A stretch of 35,146 nucleotides of DNA. Origin: Nitriliruptoraceae bacterium (GTDB taxonomy: Bacteria; Actinomycetota; Nitriliruptoria; Nitriliruptorales; Nitriliruptoraceae). The translations under genes were made by a program, and so were the position numbers. Of this stretch, positions 1 to 7,778 are shown piece by piece. Position 1 is the stretch's first letter. The number at the start of each line of letters is the position of its first letter. The notes beneath the pieces are model-generated. The model was not told the origin of the DNA. It saw nothing but the letters and a program-made list of their open reading frames with translations, and did not search any database. The DNA is taken from assembly GCA_050486325.1 (NCBI GenBank), contig JBJHDB010000001.1, positions 1 through 35,146 of the forward strand. The letters run 5' to 3'.

Positions 1-510
1 GTGCCCGGGAAGGGTCCCGGGCGGCGGCTTCTCGACGAACGCCGTGATGCGCCGTCCCTCGCGCACACACACCCCGTACGTCGAGGTGTCGGCGACCCGG
101 GTGAGCACGATCGTGGCCGCCGGTCGGTGTGCCAGGTGCTCGTCGGCGACGCTGCGCAACTCCAGGTCGGTGAGCACGTCACCGTTGAGCACCAGGAACG
201 GGCCGGTGACCCGGTCCAGCGCGGTCAGCACGCCCCCGGCGGTGTCGAGCGGCTCGGGTTCGTCGATCACTTCGATCGCCAGGCCGGGCGCCGATGCCGC
301 GCGGGCGAACGCCTCGAATGGCGCCGTATCGGCGCCGACGACCAGCAGCACGCGGCGAATGCCCGCACCGGCCAGGCGTTGGACGAAACCTGCCAGCAAC
401 GGCCGGCCGCAGAACGGCAGGAGCGGCTTTGGCGTCGACGATGTGAGCGGGCGCAGCCGGGTCCCGCCGCCACCGGCGACGATCATCGCCTCGGAAACCC
501 GCGCGGTCAT
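1..510 (-). CDS. NDP-sugar pyrophosphorylase (mannose-1-phosphate guanylyltransferase-like). The N-terminal 170 aa are present and the C-terminus is cut by the window edge.
   Basis: This ORF is not in the ORF track because it runs off the edge. Hand translation of the reverse strand from ATG 510-508 gives MTARVSEAMIVAGGGGTRLRPLTSSTPKPLLPFCGRPLLAGFVQRLAGAGIRRVLLVVGAD...LDTAGG...LVLNGDVL. GGxGTRLRPLT...PKPLL is the nucleotidyl-transferase signature. The start overlaps the stop of the upstream GT2 gene as ATGA (507-510). Confidence 0.8.
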   Translation of the reverse strand, partial: MTARVSEAMIVAGGGGTRLRPLTSSTPKPLLPFCGRPLLAGFVQRLAGAGIRRVLLVVGADTAPFEAFARAASAPGLAIEVIDEPEPLDTAGGVLTALDRVTGPFLVLNGDVLTDLELRSVADEHLAHRPAATIVLTRVADTSTYGVCVREGRRITAFVEKPPPGTLPGH

Positions 511-1505
511 GACGGCCTGCTCCCGGGCGGGGACCCGGGAGGCGACGCGGGCAGCGACCCGGGCGGGGTCCCAGGCGTTGACCCGGAGGGCGACCCGGTC
601 GGTTCACCAGTGGCGCTGTACGAACCGTCGCTGCGTGCCCGCGACACGACCCGTGCGACGACCCACAGGGCGAGGCCCACACGGAGCATCGGACGCAGGA
701 TGCGCAACCACGCGGTATCCAGGTGCCGGCGGACGAACCGGTCGATACCCCGGGCATGGGCGATCGATGCACTGATCGGTCGGGTGCGCGTCGAAGCCCC
801 GACGTGATGAATCGCACCGGCAAGCGGCTCGTATCGCAGGCGCCATCCGGCATCGCGCAGGCGTACACCCAGATCGACGTCCTCGACGAACAGGTCGTAG
901 CCCGGGTCGAAGCCACCCACTTCGTCGAACGCGGCCCGGCGAAGCGCCAGAACGCAACCCGACAGCCAGTCGGCATCACGGGCAACGGAGGGGTCGGCGT
1001 CCTGCTGGCGGTATCGGCGGGTCCACCGGTTGGACGGGACCAGGCGTGCAAAAGCGGCGTGGCCGATCGCCGTCGAGGGGCTCGGCAGCGCCCGGGCGGA
1101 CGCCTGTGGCGCTCCCGAGGGATAGCGCACCATCGGACCAGCCGCGCCCAGGCCAGAATCGTCGATGATGGTCCGCGCCAGGTGTTCGACGCAGCCTGGT
1201 TCCAGCACGACGTCGGGGTTGGCCACCACGACCACCTCGGCGGTGGTGCACCGGACGCCGGCGTTCGCGCCACGTGCGAATCCGGCGTTGGCAAGCTCGA
1301 GGACGCGAACGTCGGGCCGGAGATCGCGCACCACCGCCACGGTGTCGTCACTGGAGCCACAGTCGACCACGACCGTCTCGACGCCGTCGGGAACGGAGGC
1401 GAGGAAGCCGGCGATCTCATCGCGCGACTGGTGGGTGACCACGACCACCGCGACCGGCGCCGGCGTGTGCGACGCGGAGGCGGTCACAACCCCGGCACCG
1501 GTCAC
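507..1505 (-). CDS. wbbL: Family-2 glycosyltransferase, WbbL-like dTDP-rhamnosyltransferase
   Basis: 332-aa ORF with VVVVTHQSRDEI...VVVDCGSSDDT...NAGFARGANAG...DWLSGCVLALRR..F..VGGFDPGYDLFVEDVDLG, a GT2 fold with a DxD-like motif. It sits between an NDP-sugar pyrophosphorylase and rmlD, as wbbL1 does in mycobacteria. The C-terminal tail is Pro/Gly/Ser-rich. The GTG start overlaps the rmlD stop (GTGA at 1502-1505). Confidence 0.75.
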   Translation of the reverse strand: MTGAGVVTASASHTPAPVAVVVVTHQSRDEIAGFLASVPDGVETVVVDCGSSDDTVAVVRDLRPDVRVLELANAGFARGANAGVRCTTAEVVVVANPDVVLEPGCVEHLARTIIDDSGLGAAGPMVRYPSGAPQASARALPSPSTAIGHAAFARLVPSNRWTRRYRQQDADPSVARDADWLSGCVLALRRAAFDEVGGFDPGYDLFVEDVDLGVRLRDAGWRLRYEPLAGAIHHVGASTRTRPISASIAHARGIDRFVRRHLDTAWLRILRPMLRVGLALWVVARVVSRARSDGSYSATGEPTGSPSGSTPGTPPGSLPASPPGSPPGSRPS

Positions 1506-2392
1506 GCTTGCGCCAGCCCTGACGCGGCGATCATCCGCCCGAGCGCATCACGCCAGGTCGGCAGTTCACCGAGGCCACACGCGACGGCATGCCGATTCTC
1601 CAGGACCGAGTACGCCGGGCGGGGCGCCGGCCGGGGAAACGCCTCGGAGGTGCACGGCGCGGGAAGCGTCGCCACACCGGCCAGCTCGCAGGCGTGGCGT
1701 GCCAGTTCGTAGCGTGTGCAGGAGCCCGAGTTGGTGCGGTGGAACGTGCCGAACCTCCGGGAGACGATCAGGTTTCGCAGCGCCTCGGCGAGGTCGACCG
1801 TGTAGGTCGGTGAGCCGGTCTGGTCATCGACGACGTCGAGGCGTTGACCGGTCCGCGCCCGCTCGACGACGGTGCGCACGAAGTTCTGCCCGTTGTCGCC
1901 GAACAACCACGAGGTCCGCACGATCTGATGGTCGGTGAGGGTCTGGCGCACGAGCTGCTCACCGGCGAGCTTGGTGCGCCCGTACACGTTGACCGGGGCC
2001 GGCGCGTCGAACTCCCCATACGGACGCTGCTGGGTTCCGGATGGTCCACCTCCGAACACATAGTCGGTGGAGATGGTCGTGAGCACCGCGCCGAGCTCGG
2101 CGCAGGCACGTGCCAACCACCAGGGGCCGAGCGCGTTGACGGCATGTGCGCGGTCCGGGTCGGACTCGCACGCATCGACGTCGGTGATCGCCGCCGCGTT
2201 GACGACCACCTGTGGTCGCACCGCGAGGAGCGCGGACCACACGGCCGCCTCTTCGGCGACGTCCAGTTCGCCGCGTGGCAGGGCGACGACGTGCCAGTCG
2301 TCGAACACCCGCACGAGCTCCGCTGCGAGCTGGCCACCCGCGCCGGTGACGAGAACGGTCGCGGCGCGACGTGCGTGACCGCCCATCGTCAA
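1502..2392 (-). CDS. rmlD: dTDP-4-dehydrorhamnose reductase
   Basis: 296-aa ORF with an N-terminal Rossmann motif VLVTGAGGQLA and RmlD-like body motifs (STDYVFGG, YGRTKLAGE, RTSWLFG). The start is TTG 2392, which overlaps the upstream stop, or ATG 2386. Confidence 0.9.
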   Translation of the reverse strand: MTMGGHARRAATVLVTGAGGQLAAELVRVFDDWHVVALPRGELDVAEEAAVWSALLAVRPQVVVNAAAITDVDACESDPDRAHAVNALGPWWLARACAELGAVLTTISTDYVFGGGPSGTQQRPYGEFDAPAPVNVYGRTKLAGEQLVRQTLTDHQIVRTSWLFGDNGQNFVRTVVERARTGQRLDVVDDQTGSPTYTVDLAEALRNLIVSRRFGTFHRTNSGSCTRYELARHACELAGVATLPAPCTSEAFPRPAPRPAYSVLENRHAVACGLGELPTWRDALGRMIAASGLAQA

Positions 2393-3729
2393 CTGGCCGC
2401 GTCGCGACCGACCGACACGACGACACGAGCATCCACGGGCGCGGTGACGCCGTCGGGAAGAGGCTCGACCTCGACCCCCAGTGTCGCGGCCACCCAGGAA
2501 GCTTCACGCTCCCAACCGTCCAGGGCGAACACGCGGGAATGCTCGTCGGCACGGACCTCGGCCGGACCGGATCCCGCGCCACCCGCCAGGAACCCCGCGT
2601 AGATCAGGGTAGGCACAACGATGCGGTCGGCAACACCGAGGTGGTCGCCCCACCACACCGCTACCGGGATCTCGGCCCGCTCCTCGGCGGTGCCACGGTC
2701 GGCGATACGACGACCGGAACGCAGGTCGTCGAACAGCGCTTCGGCCCCGGGCCGGTAGGCAACGACGTAGTCGACCCCGTCGATCGTGCGCGTGTAGGCG
2801 GGCACGGTCGTCATCGGCACCCCTTGGCGGACCACGTGACGGATCTCGTCGGCCAGCGAGTACATCTCCCCGATGGTCAGCCCGTCGTCGGTGGTGACGT
2901 TCGATGCGACGTCGTCGACGAGTTGGAACAGTCGCCGTGGGTCGGACAGGATCCTCGTGTCGGTCAGATCACGAAGCACGGCCCGCAGGAACCGCTGCTG
3001 CCGGTCGATGCGCTCGAAGTCGGCGCGTGCACCTTCGCGCGACCGGATGTAGGCGAGTGCCTCCTGCGCGGTCATGTGCTGACGACCTGCCTGGAAGTCG
3101 GCGCCACTGCGTTCGTCGAACAACGGGGCGGGAACATCGATCTCCACCCCGCCGAGCGTCTCGACGACGTTGATGAACCCCCCGAGCGACACTGACGCGT
3201 AGTGGTTGACCGGCAGCCCGAAGTTGCGCTGGATCGCGGCGATCAATGCGTTCGGGCCAGCCGCGAAAGCGTCGGCCAGCTTGGTGCGACGCCCCTCGTC
3301 GTCGATGATGAGCAGGTCGCGTGGCAGGCTGACCAGCGCCATGCCCTGCCGGTCGGTGCTGACCGAGACGTAGATGATGGTGTCCGAACGCTGTCCTTCG
3401 AACGCACCGAGGGACAACGCGCGGCGTTCGTCCTCACCCAGGCCTTCACGCGAGTCGGACCCCACCACCAGGAAATGCCGCGCACCCGAAGCTTCGGCGA
3501 CCTCGTCCAGCTGCGCGAGGGTGACCCGGGTCAGGCTCGCTTCGGCCTGCTGGACAAGTAGCAGCCCCGTCGTGGCGACCGCGGTGACCGCGACGAGCCC
3601 GATGACACCGAGCGTGGCCAGCGACCGCCCCAGCGGCCCCCAGCGACGGCCTCCCCGCAGGGTTGGCCCCCAGGACCCGACCCCGCCGTCGGCTACCGAC
3701 GTGGGCTCAGTCCGCGACATCGAGGTCAC
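2389..3729 (-). CDS. LytR-CpsA-Psr (LCP) family cell-wall glycopolymer ligase with a LytR_C-like C-terminal domain
   Basis: 446-aa ORF with an N-terminal TM helix (LATLGVIGLVAVTAVATTGLLLV). The canonical LCP motifs are intact: FLVVGSDSR, QRSDTIIYVSV and LVSLPRDL. The start is GTG 3729 or ATG 3720, and either overlaps the 3' end of the upstream gene. Confidence 0.85.
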   Translation of the reverse strand: MTSMSRTEPTSVADGGVGSWGPTLRGGRRWGPLGRSLATLGVIGLVAVTAVATTGLLLVQQAEASLTRVTLAQLDEVAEASGARHFLVVGSDSREGLGEDERRALSLGAFEGQRSDTIIYVSVSTDRQGMALVSLPRDLLIIDDEGRRTKLADAFAAGPNALIAAIQRNFGLPVNHYASVSLGGFINVVETLGGVEIDVPAPLFDERSGADFQAGRQHMTAQEALAYIRSREGARADFERIDRQQRFLRAVLRDLTDTRILSDPRRLFQLVDDVASNVTTDDGLTIGEMYSLADEIRHVVRQGVPMTTVPAYTRTIDGVDYVVAYRPGAEALFDDLRSGRRIADRGTAEERAEIPVAVWWGDHLGVADRIVVPTLIYAGFLAGGAGSGPAEVRADEHSRVFALDGWEREASWVAATLGVEVEPLPDGVTAPVDARVVVSVGRDAAS

Positions 3730-4975
3730 TGCCTGCGGTGACGATCAGATCCACCTCTTCGCCTTCGAACGCCAACGGGTCCGGCACCGGTTCGAGCCGC
3801 GCGTCGTCGAGCAGCTCGGCGACGAGTATCGCCGCTGTTTCGATGCGCGCGTCACCGGTGGTGTAGGTCACCACGGTCGTGGCCTGGTCGAACGTCGGTG
3901 CGTTGCCGGTCCCCATGCTACGAAGCCCCTCGGCGATCAGCCGCGCCTCGACCCGTCCGGCGAGCCCGTCGATCCCGGCACCGTTGAGCACGGCGATTCG
4001 CACCCCCCCTGCCACGACGGCCGAGAGCTCGTCGGTCAGCTCGCGCGCCTCGAACGGTGTGCCGTCCCGGAGGTGCTGGAATCGCACCATCGCCGCCTCG
4101 TCGAGCGGAATGAGTGCGCCCGTCGACGGGTTGCGCAGCACGGGCACGGTGTCGACGGCGATCGGGACGGAACGGGCCAGTGTTTCGGCGACGCGGACCA
4201 ACTCGCGCCCGCGCAGGCTGACGTCGGTGATGAACTCCTCCGCCACGACGTCGATCGCCCGCTTGGCGGTGAGTGGCGATCGGGCGGCCGACCGGGTCTC
4301 GAAGGCCTGCGCGGCTCCCCGAACCGCACCCGCGACCGTGCGCACGACCACCTCGGGGTCGGGATCGCGCTGGCCGGCGGCGACTGCAGCGGAATCCGCC
4401 TCGCGGCACCCGTCAGGCAGGCAGAACTCGATCGTGCCGACCAGGTCGACCAGCCGCGGCATCGCGTCGACGGTCATGCTCACGACGTGATCGATGCGCA
4501 CCTCGGTGTAGTCGATGACGGCCTGGGCAAGCAGGTCCGTGCCACCTTCGGCGTGGACCTCGTCCAGCGACTGTTCCCCCTGGCCGTCGACGGTCACCTG
4601 CAGTTCGTTCGGCAGCAGCAGGACCGCGGCGGCATCGCGCGTCCCGCCGACCTGGACCAGCGCGACCGGCGCCACGAGGTCGGGCTCCACGGGACGGGTC
4701 GGATCCCGAGACTCGGTCAACGTGACCAGCACGGTCACCGCGTCGGCTGGCGCCTGCGCACCGGCGGCACCCAGCGGTGCGGTCTCGTCGTCGAGCGCAC
4801 GCAGGTCGATGCCGCCGAGCCGAAACCATGCGTAGCCCCAGAGCAGAAGCAGCACCAGCGCCCAGACCAGCAGCAGGGCGACGCCGACGGCACCGACGAA
4901 CGTCAGTGCACGCGACGCGGCGCGTCCGGGGCCCCGCGGGCCGGACGACAGCGCCAGGGATCGGGACGGAGTCAC
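3707..4975 (-). CDS. Divergent LCP-like membrane-anchored protein with a LytR_C-like C-terminal domain (catalytic motifs degenerate)
   Basis: 422-aa ORF with an N-terminal TM helix (FVGAVGVALLLVWALVLLLLWGYAWF). The core aligns with the neighbouring LCP gene, but its motifs read VLVTLTESR, VAPVALVQV and LLLPNEL in place of GSDSR, RSDT and LPRDL. The C-terminus IAVLNGAGIDGLAGRVEARLIAEG...TVVTYT resembles a LytR_C domain. Confidence 0.6.
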   Translation of the reverse strand: MTPSRSLALSSGPRGPGRAASRALTFVGAVGVALLLVWALVLLLLWGYAWFRLGGIDLRALDDETAPLGAAGAQAPADAVTVLVTLTESRDPTRPVEPDLVAPVALVQVGGTRDAAAVLLLPNELQVTVDGQGEQSLDEVHAEGGTDLLAQAVIDYTEVRIDHVVSMTVDAMPRLVDLVGTIEFCLPDGCREADSAAVAAGQRDPDPEVVVRTVAGAVRGAAQAFETRSAARSPLTAKRAIDVVAEEFITDVSLRGRELVRVAETLARSVPIAVDTVPVLRNPSTGALIPLDEAAMVRFQHLRDGTPFEARELTDELSAVVAGGVRIAVLNGAGIDGLAGRVEARLIAEGLRSMGTGNAPTFDQATTVVTYTTGDARIETAAILVAELLDDARLEPVPDPLAFEGEEVDLIVTAGSDLDVAD

Positions 4976-5129
4976 GTCGCGGCGGAACTTCCCTCTCGCG
5001 CGGAGTACGCGCTGACTGTGGTGCGGTCGGCGATCGCAGCAGCACCCGGCTTCGGGGCCGCAACCGACGGGTCACGACGAACGACACCGGCATTCGGCGG
5101 CGACCGCCAGCACGTTACCATCGGGCCGG

Positions 5130-5166
5130 TCGACACCTCCCGACCGCTGCTCGACACCTCTCCGAC
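5130..5166. repeat. Direct repeat tcgacacctc(c/t)ccgacc, two copies 21 bp apart, upstream of the 5184 start codon
   Basis: Copy 1 is at 5130-5145 (tcgacacctcccgacc). Copy 2 is at 5151-5166 (tcgacacctctccgacc). Both lie in the 208-nt divergent intergenic region between the LCP operon and the TIGR03089-like gene. Confidence 0.5.
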
Positions 5167-5183
5167 CAACGGAGCCCGCGTCC

Positions 5184-5900
5184 GTGCGCCTGGAGCCGAT
5201 CACGACCACGCCGGCCACACCGAGCGACATCCCCGCCGCGCTGCGTGGCGCGCTTCGGGACCGGGGTCATGCGCCGGCGGTGACCGTGCTCACGGCCCAG
5301 GGCCGACACGAGCAGGGCGTGGCATCACTGGCCCAGTGGGCGGCCAAGGGCTCGCACCAGCTGATCGACGAGCTCACAACGGGCGACCATCACGCCATTC
5401 GCATCGCACTGGCACCGTCTTGGACGCTCGCGGCGGTGTGCCTGGCCGCTTGGTGGGTCGGAATTCCTGTCGAGCTGGTGGCGCCGACGCGTGAGCCACT
5501 GCATCCCGGCGTCCGGGTCGACATCGCCCACGAACGTCATGCCGGCACCGTCGAGGCGGCGTTCTGGGTCGGTGACGCCTTTGACGGCTCACCGGTCGCC
5601 ACCCTCGACGGCGAACCGTGGGTCGTCGCGGTTCAGCCGTACCCGGACAGCGCACCGCCGGCGACCCCAGCTGACGTCGCACTGCGCTCGGGTTCGGAGA
5701 TCATCACCGGTACGACACTCCTCGCACGTGCAGCCCAGATGGGCACAGGCACGGCAGGTATCGCCGCAGACCATCCGGATCCGGTGGCCCTGGTGGCCGC
5801 GATCGCGCTGCGACCGCTCGTCGCTGGCCGGCCCACGGTGGTCCTCGACGGGGTGGAGCGGGACGAGGCGACGCCGGAGAAGGTCACCACCTGGCTGTGA
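5184..5900 (+). CDS. TIGR03089-like actinobacterial protein (short homolog of the AMP-binding enzyme N-terminal region)
   Basis: 238-aa ORF with a GTG start preceded by acggag. The sequence ...VTVLTAQGRHEQGVASLAQWAAKGSHQLIDEL..GDHHAIRIALAPSWTLAAVCLAAWWVGIPV resembles the substrate and N-terminal region of adenylate-forming enzymes without the catalytic core. That matches what I recall of the TIGR03089 family, which sits beside the LCP/rhamnose locus in actinobacteria. Confidence 0.55.
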   Translation: MRLEPITTTPATPSDIPAALRGALRDRGHAPAVTVLTAQGRHEQGVASLAQWAAKGSHQLIDELTTGDHHAIRIALAPSWTLAAVCLAAWWVGIPVELVAPTREPLHPGVRVDIAHERHAGTVEAAFWVGDAFDGSPVATLDGEPWVVAVQPYPDSAPPATPADVALRSGSEIITGTTLLARAAQMGTGTAGIAADHPDPVALVAAIALRPLVAGRPTVVLDGVERDEATPEKVTTWL

Positions 5901-5926
5901 GGTGCACCTGGAACGGTGTCGCCTCA
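5898..5926. terminator. Putative bidirectional hairpin whose stem base is formed by the two convergent stop codons
   Basis: tgaggtgcacc (5898-5908), loop tggaac, ggtgtcgcctca (5915-5926). This gives about 11 bp with one bulge and one G-U pair. TGA of the 5184-5900 gene pairs with the TCA (TGA on the minus strand) of the acyl-CoA dehydrogenase gene. There is no U-tract. Confidence 0.35.
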
Positions 5927-7723
5927 GTCCTCCAGACCATCGACCTCGCGTCCGGTCAGGTCGGTCGGATCCGCCTCGACCACGGCCGCGAGCGCATGCA
6001 CTTCGGGCAGCAGCTGTGTGACGAAGAACCGCGCAGTGGCGATCTTGCCCCGCAGGAACGGCACGCCGTAACGGCCCTCGTCGCCGTCTGCGAGCAGGCG
6101 GTCGGCGGCCACCGCGGACCCGACGAGTAGCCAGGCACCGACGGTCGTCGCCAGCATCCGCAGGTAGGGGGCGGCCGCCGCCAGAACCGACTCGGGGTCG
6201 CCCTCGCGGGAACGCAACGTCGCGGTCGCCGCGGCCGCCGCCGCGACCGCGGCGGCCAGCGGCGTCGCGAGTTCGGGGTGTGAGCCGGCGAGCTCTGCGG
6301 CGGTCGCCCGCATCCGGTCCACCAGGCGGGCCACATGGACCCCGTCGTCGGCGGGCAGCTTGCGAAGGACCAGGTCGATGGCCTGGATGCCGTTGGTCCC
6401 CTCGTAGATCGGTGCGATCCGTGCGTCCCGCCAGTGCTGGGCGACGCCGGTCTCCTCGATGTAGCCCATGCCGCCGTGGACCTGGATGGCCAACGAGGTC
6501 AGCTCCACGCCGAGGTCGGTCGCCCACGCCTTCGACAGCGGGGTCAGCAGGTCGGCCAGACCACGGTGCTCGTCACGTTCGTCCGCGTCGACGCCGTGCT
6601 CAGTCAGATCCATCGCCCATGCGTTCAGCGAGCACAGCGCCCGCGCAGCGGCGATGAACGCGCGCTGGGTCATCAGCATCCGACGCACGTCGGGGTGGGC
6701 GACGATCGGCACATGCACCGATGCCTCGGCGCCGGGTGGGCGCCCTTGCACCCGCTGCCGGGCGAACGCCAACGCCTGCTGACAGGCCCGCTCGGCGATG
6801 GCGACGCCTTGAATCCCGACACCGAGCCGCGCATCGTTCATCATGGTGAACATCTGCGCCATGCCCTGGTTCGGTGGCCCGATCAGCTCGCCGACCGCAC
6901 CCTGGCCACCGTCGCCGTAGGCCATCACGCAGGTCGGCGACCCGTGGATGCCCAGCTTCTTCTCCAGGGCGATCGCCCGGACGTCGTTGCGTTCACCGAT
7001 GCTGCCGTCGCCGCCGACCTGGAACTTCGGCACGATGAACAGCGACAGGCCGCGCGTCCCAGCCGGGGCGTCAGGCAGCCGTGCCAGCACCAGATGAATG
7101 ATCTGTTCGGTCAGGTCGTGCTCGCCGAAGGTGATGAAGATCTTCTGGCCGAACAGACGGGCCGACCCGTCGTCGGTGGGCACGGCCCGGGCCGTCGCCG
7201 CCCCGACGTCCGACCCCGCCTGAGGCTCGGTGAGGTTCATCGTTCCCGCCCATTCACCGGACACCAGACGCCGCGCATATCGATCGCACTGCTCGTCGGT
7301 GGCATGGCGGTCGAGCAGGTGGACCGCGGCGGTGTTGAGCAGAGGTCCGAGCGAGAACGCCATGTTGGCGGCGGTGATCCACTCCTTGACGACGTTGGCG
7401 ACCACCAGCGGGAACCCGCCACCGCCCAGCCGTGCCGGCAGCCCGATCGCCCCCCAGCCGGCGGCGACGTACTGCGCATAGGCGGCGTGGAACGCTTCCG
7501 GGACGCGCACCTGACCGTCGGTCAGCGTGCAGCCCTCGCGGTCACCGTCACGGTTGGTGGGAGCAACCACCTCGGCGGCGAACCGTGCAGCCTCGTCGAG
7601 CACGTCTTCGATGAGGCGTGCGTCGAATCCGGCGAACGCCTCAGATGCCCGCAGTCGGTCCAACGGCGTGACGTGGTCGAGCAGGAAGCGCGCCTCCCGC
7701 ACCGACGGGGCGTAGCTCGTCAT
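5924..7723 (-). CDS. Large acyl-CoA dehydrogenase (FadE5-like, about 600 aa, with an extended C-terminal domain)
   Basis: 599-aa ORF containing typical ACAD segments (TEPQAGSD, GERNDVRAIALEKKLGIHGSPTC, GGMGYIEETGVAQHWRDARIAPIYEGTNGIQAIDL) followed by an extra C-terminal region of about 150 aa. Confidence 0.85.
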   Translation of the reverse strand: MTSYAPSVREARFLLDHVTPLDRLRASEAFAGFDARLIEDVLDEAARFAAEVVAPTNRDGDREGCTLTDGQVRVPEAFHAAYAQYVAAGWGAIGLPARLGGGGFPLVVANVVKEWITAANMAFSLGPLLNTAAVHLLDRHATDEQCDRYARRLVSGEWAGTMNLTEPQAGSDVGAATARAVPTDDGSARLFGQKIFITFGEHDLTEQIIHLVLARLPDAPAGTRGLSLFIVPKFQVGGDGSIGERNDVRAIALEKKLGIHGSPTCVMAYGDGGQGAVGELIGPPNQGMAQMFTMMNDARLGVGIQGVAIAERACQQALAFARQRVQGRPPGAEASVHVPIVAHPDVRRMLMTQRAFIAAARALCSLNAWAMDLTEHGVDADERDEHRGLADLLTPLSKAWATDLGVELTSLAIQVHGGMGYIEETGVAQHWRDARIAPIYEGTNGIQAIDLVLRKLPADDGVHVARLVDRMRATAAELAGSHPELATPLAAAVAAAAAATATLRSREGDPESVLAAAAPYLRMLATTVGAWLLVGSAVAADRLLADGDEGRYGVPFLRGKIATARFFVTQLLPEVHALAAVVEADPTDLTGREVDGLED

Positions 7724-7778
7724 CGCCCGATGGTAACGGTGGCGATGGCCTGCAGCAGTAGCCTTCCGCCGCAGCCAC

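Noticed and set aside
520-600. Repetitive gacccgg / ggcg motifs near the 3' end of the wbbL-like gene
   Set aside because: These are explained by the Pro/Gly/Ser-rich low-complexity tail (PPGS repeats) of the glycosyltransferase. They are not an independent DNA element.
3374-5494. 706-aa ORF on the plus strand
   Set aside because: It lies antisense to the two LCP genes. The product is Arg/Pro/Gly-rich with no recognisable motif. It is a typical shadow ORF in GC-rich DNA, where stop codons are rare in the antisense frame.
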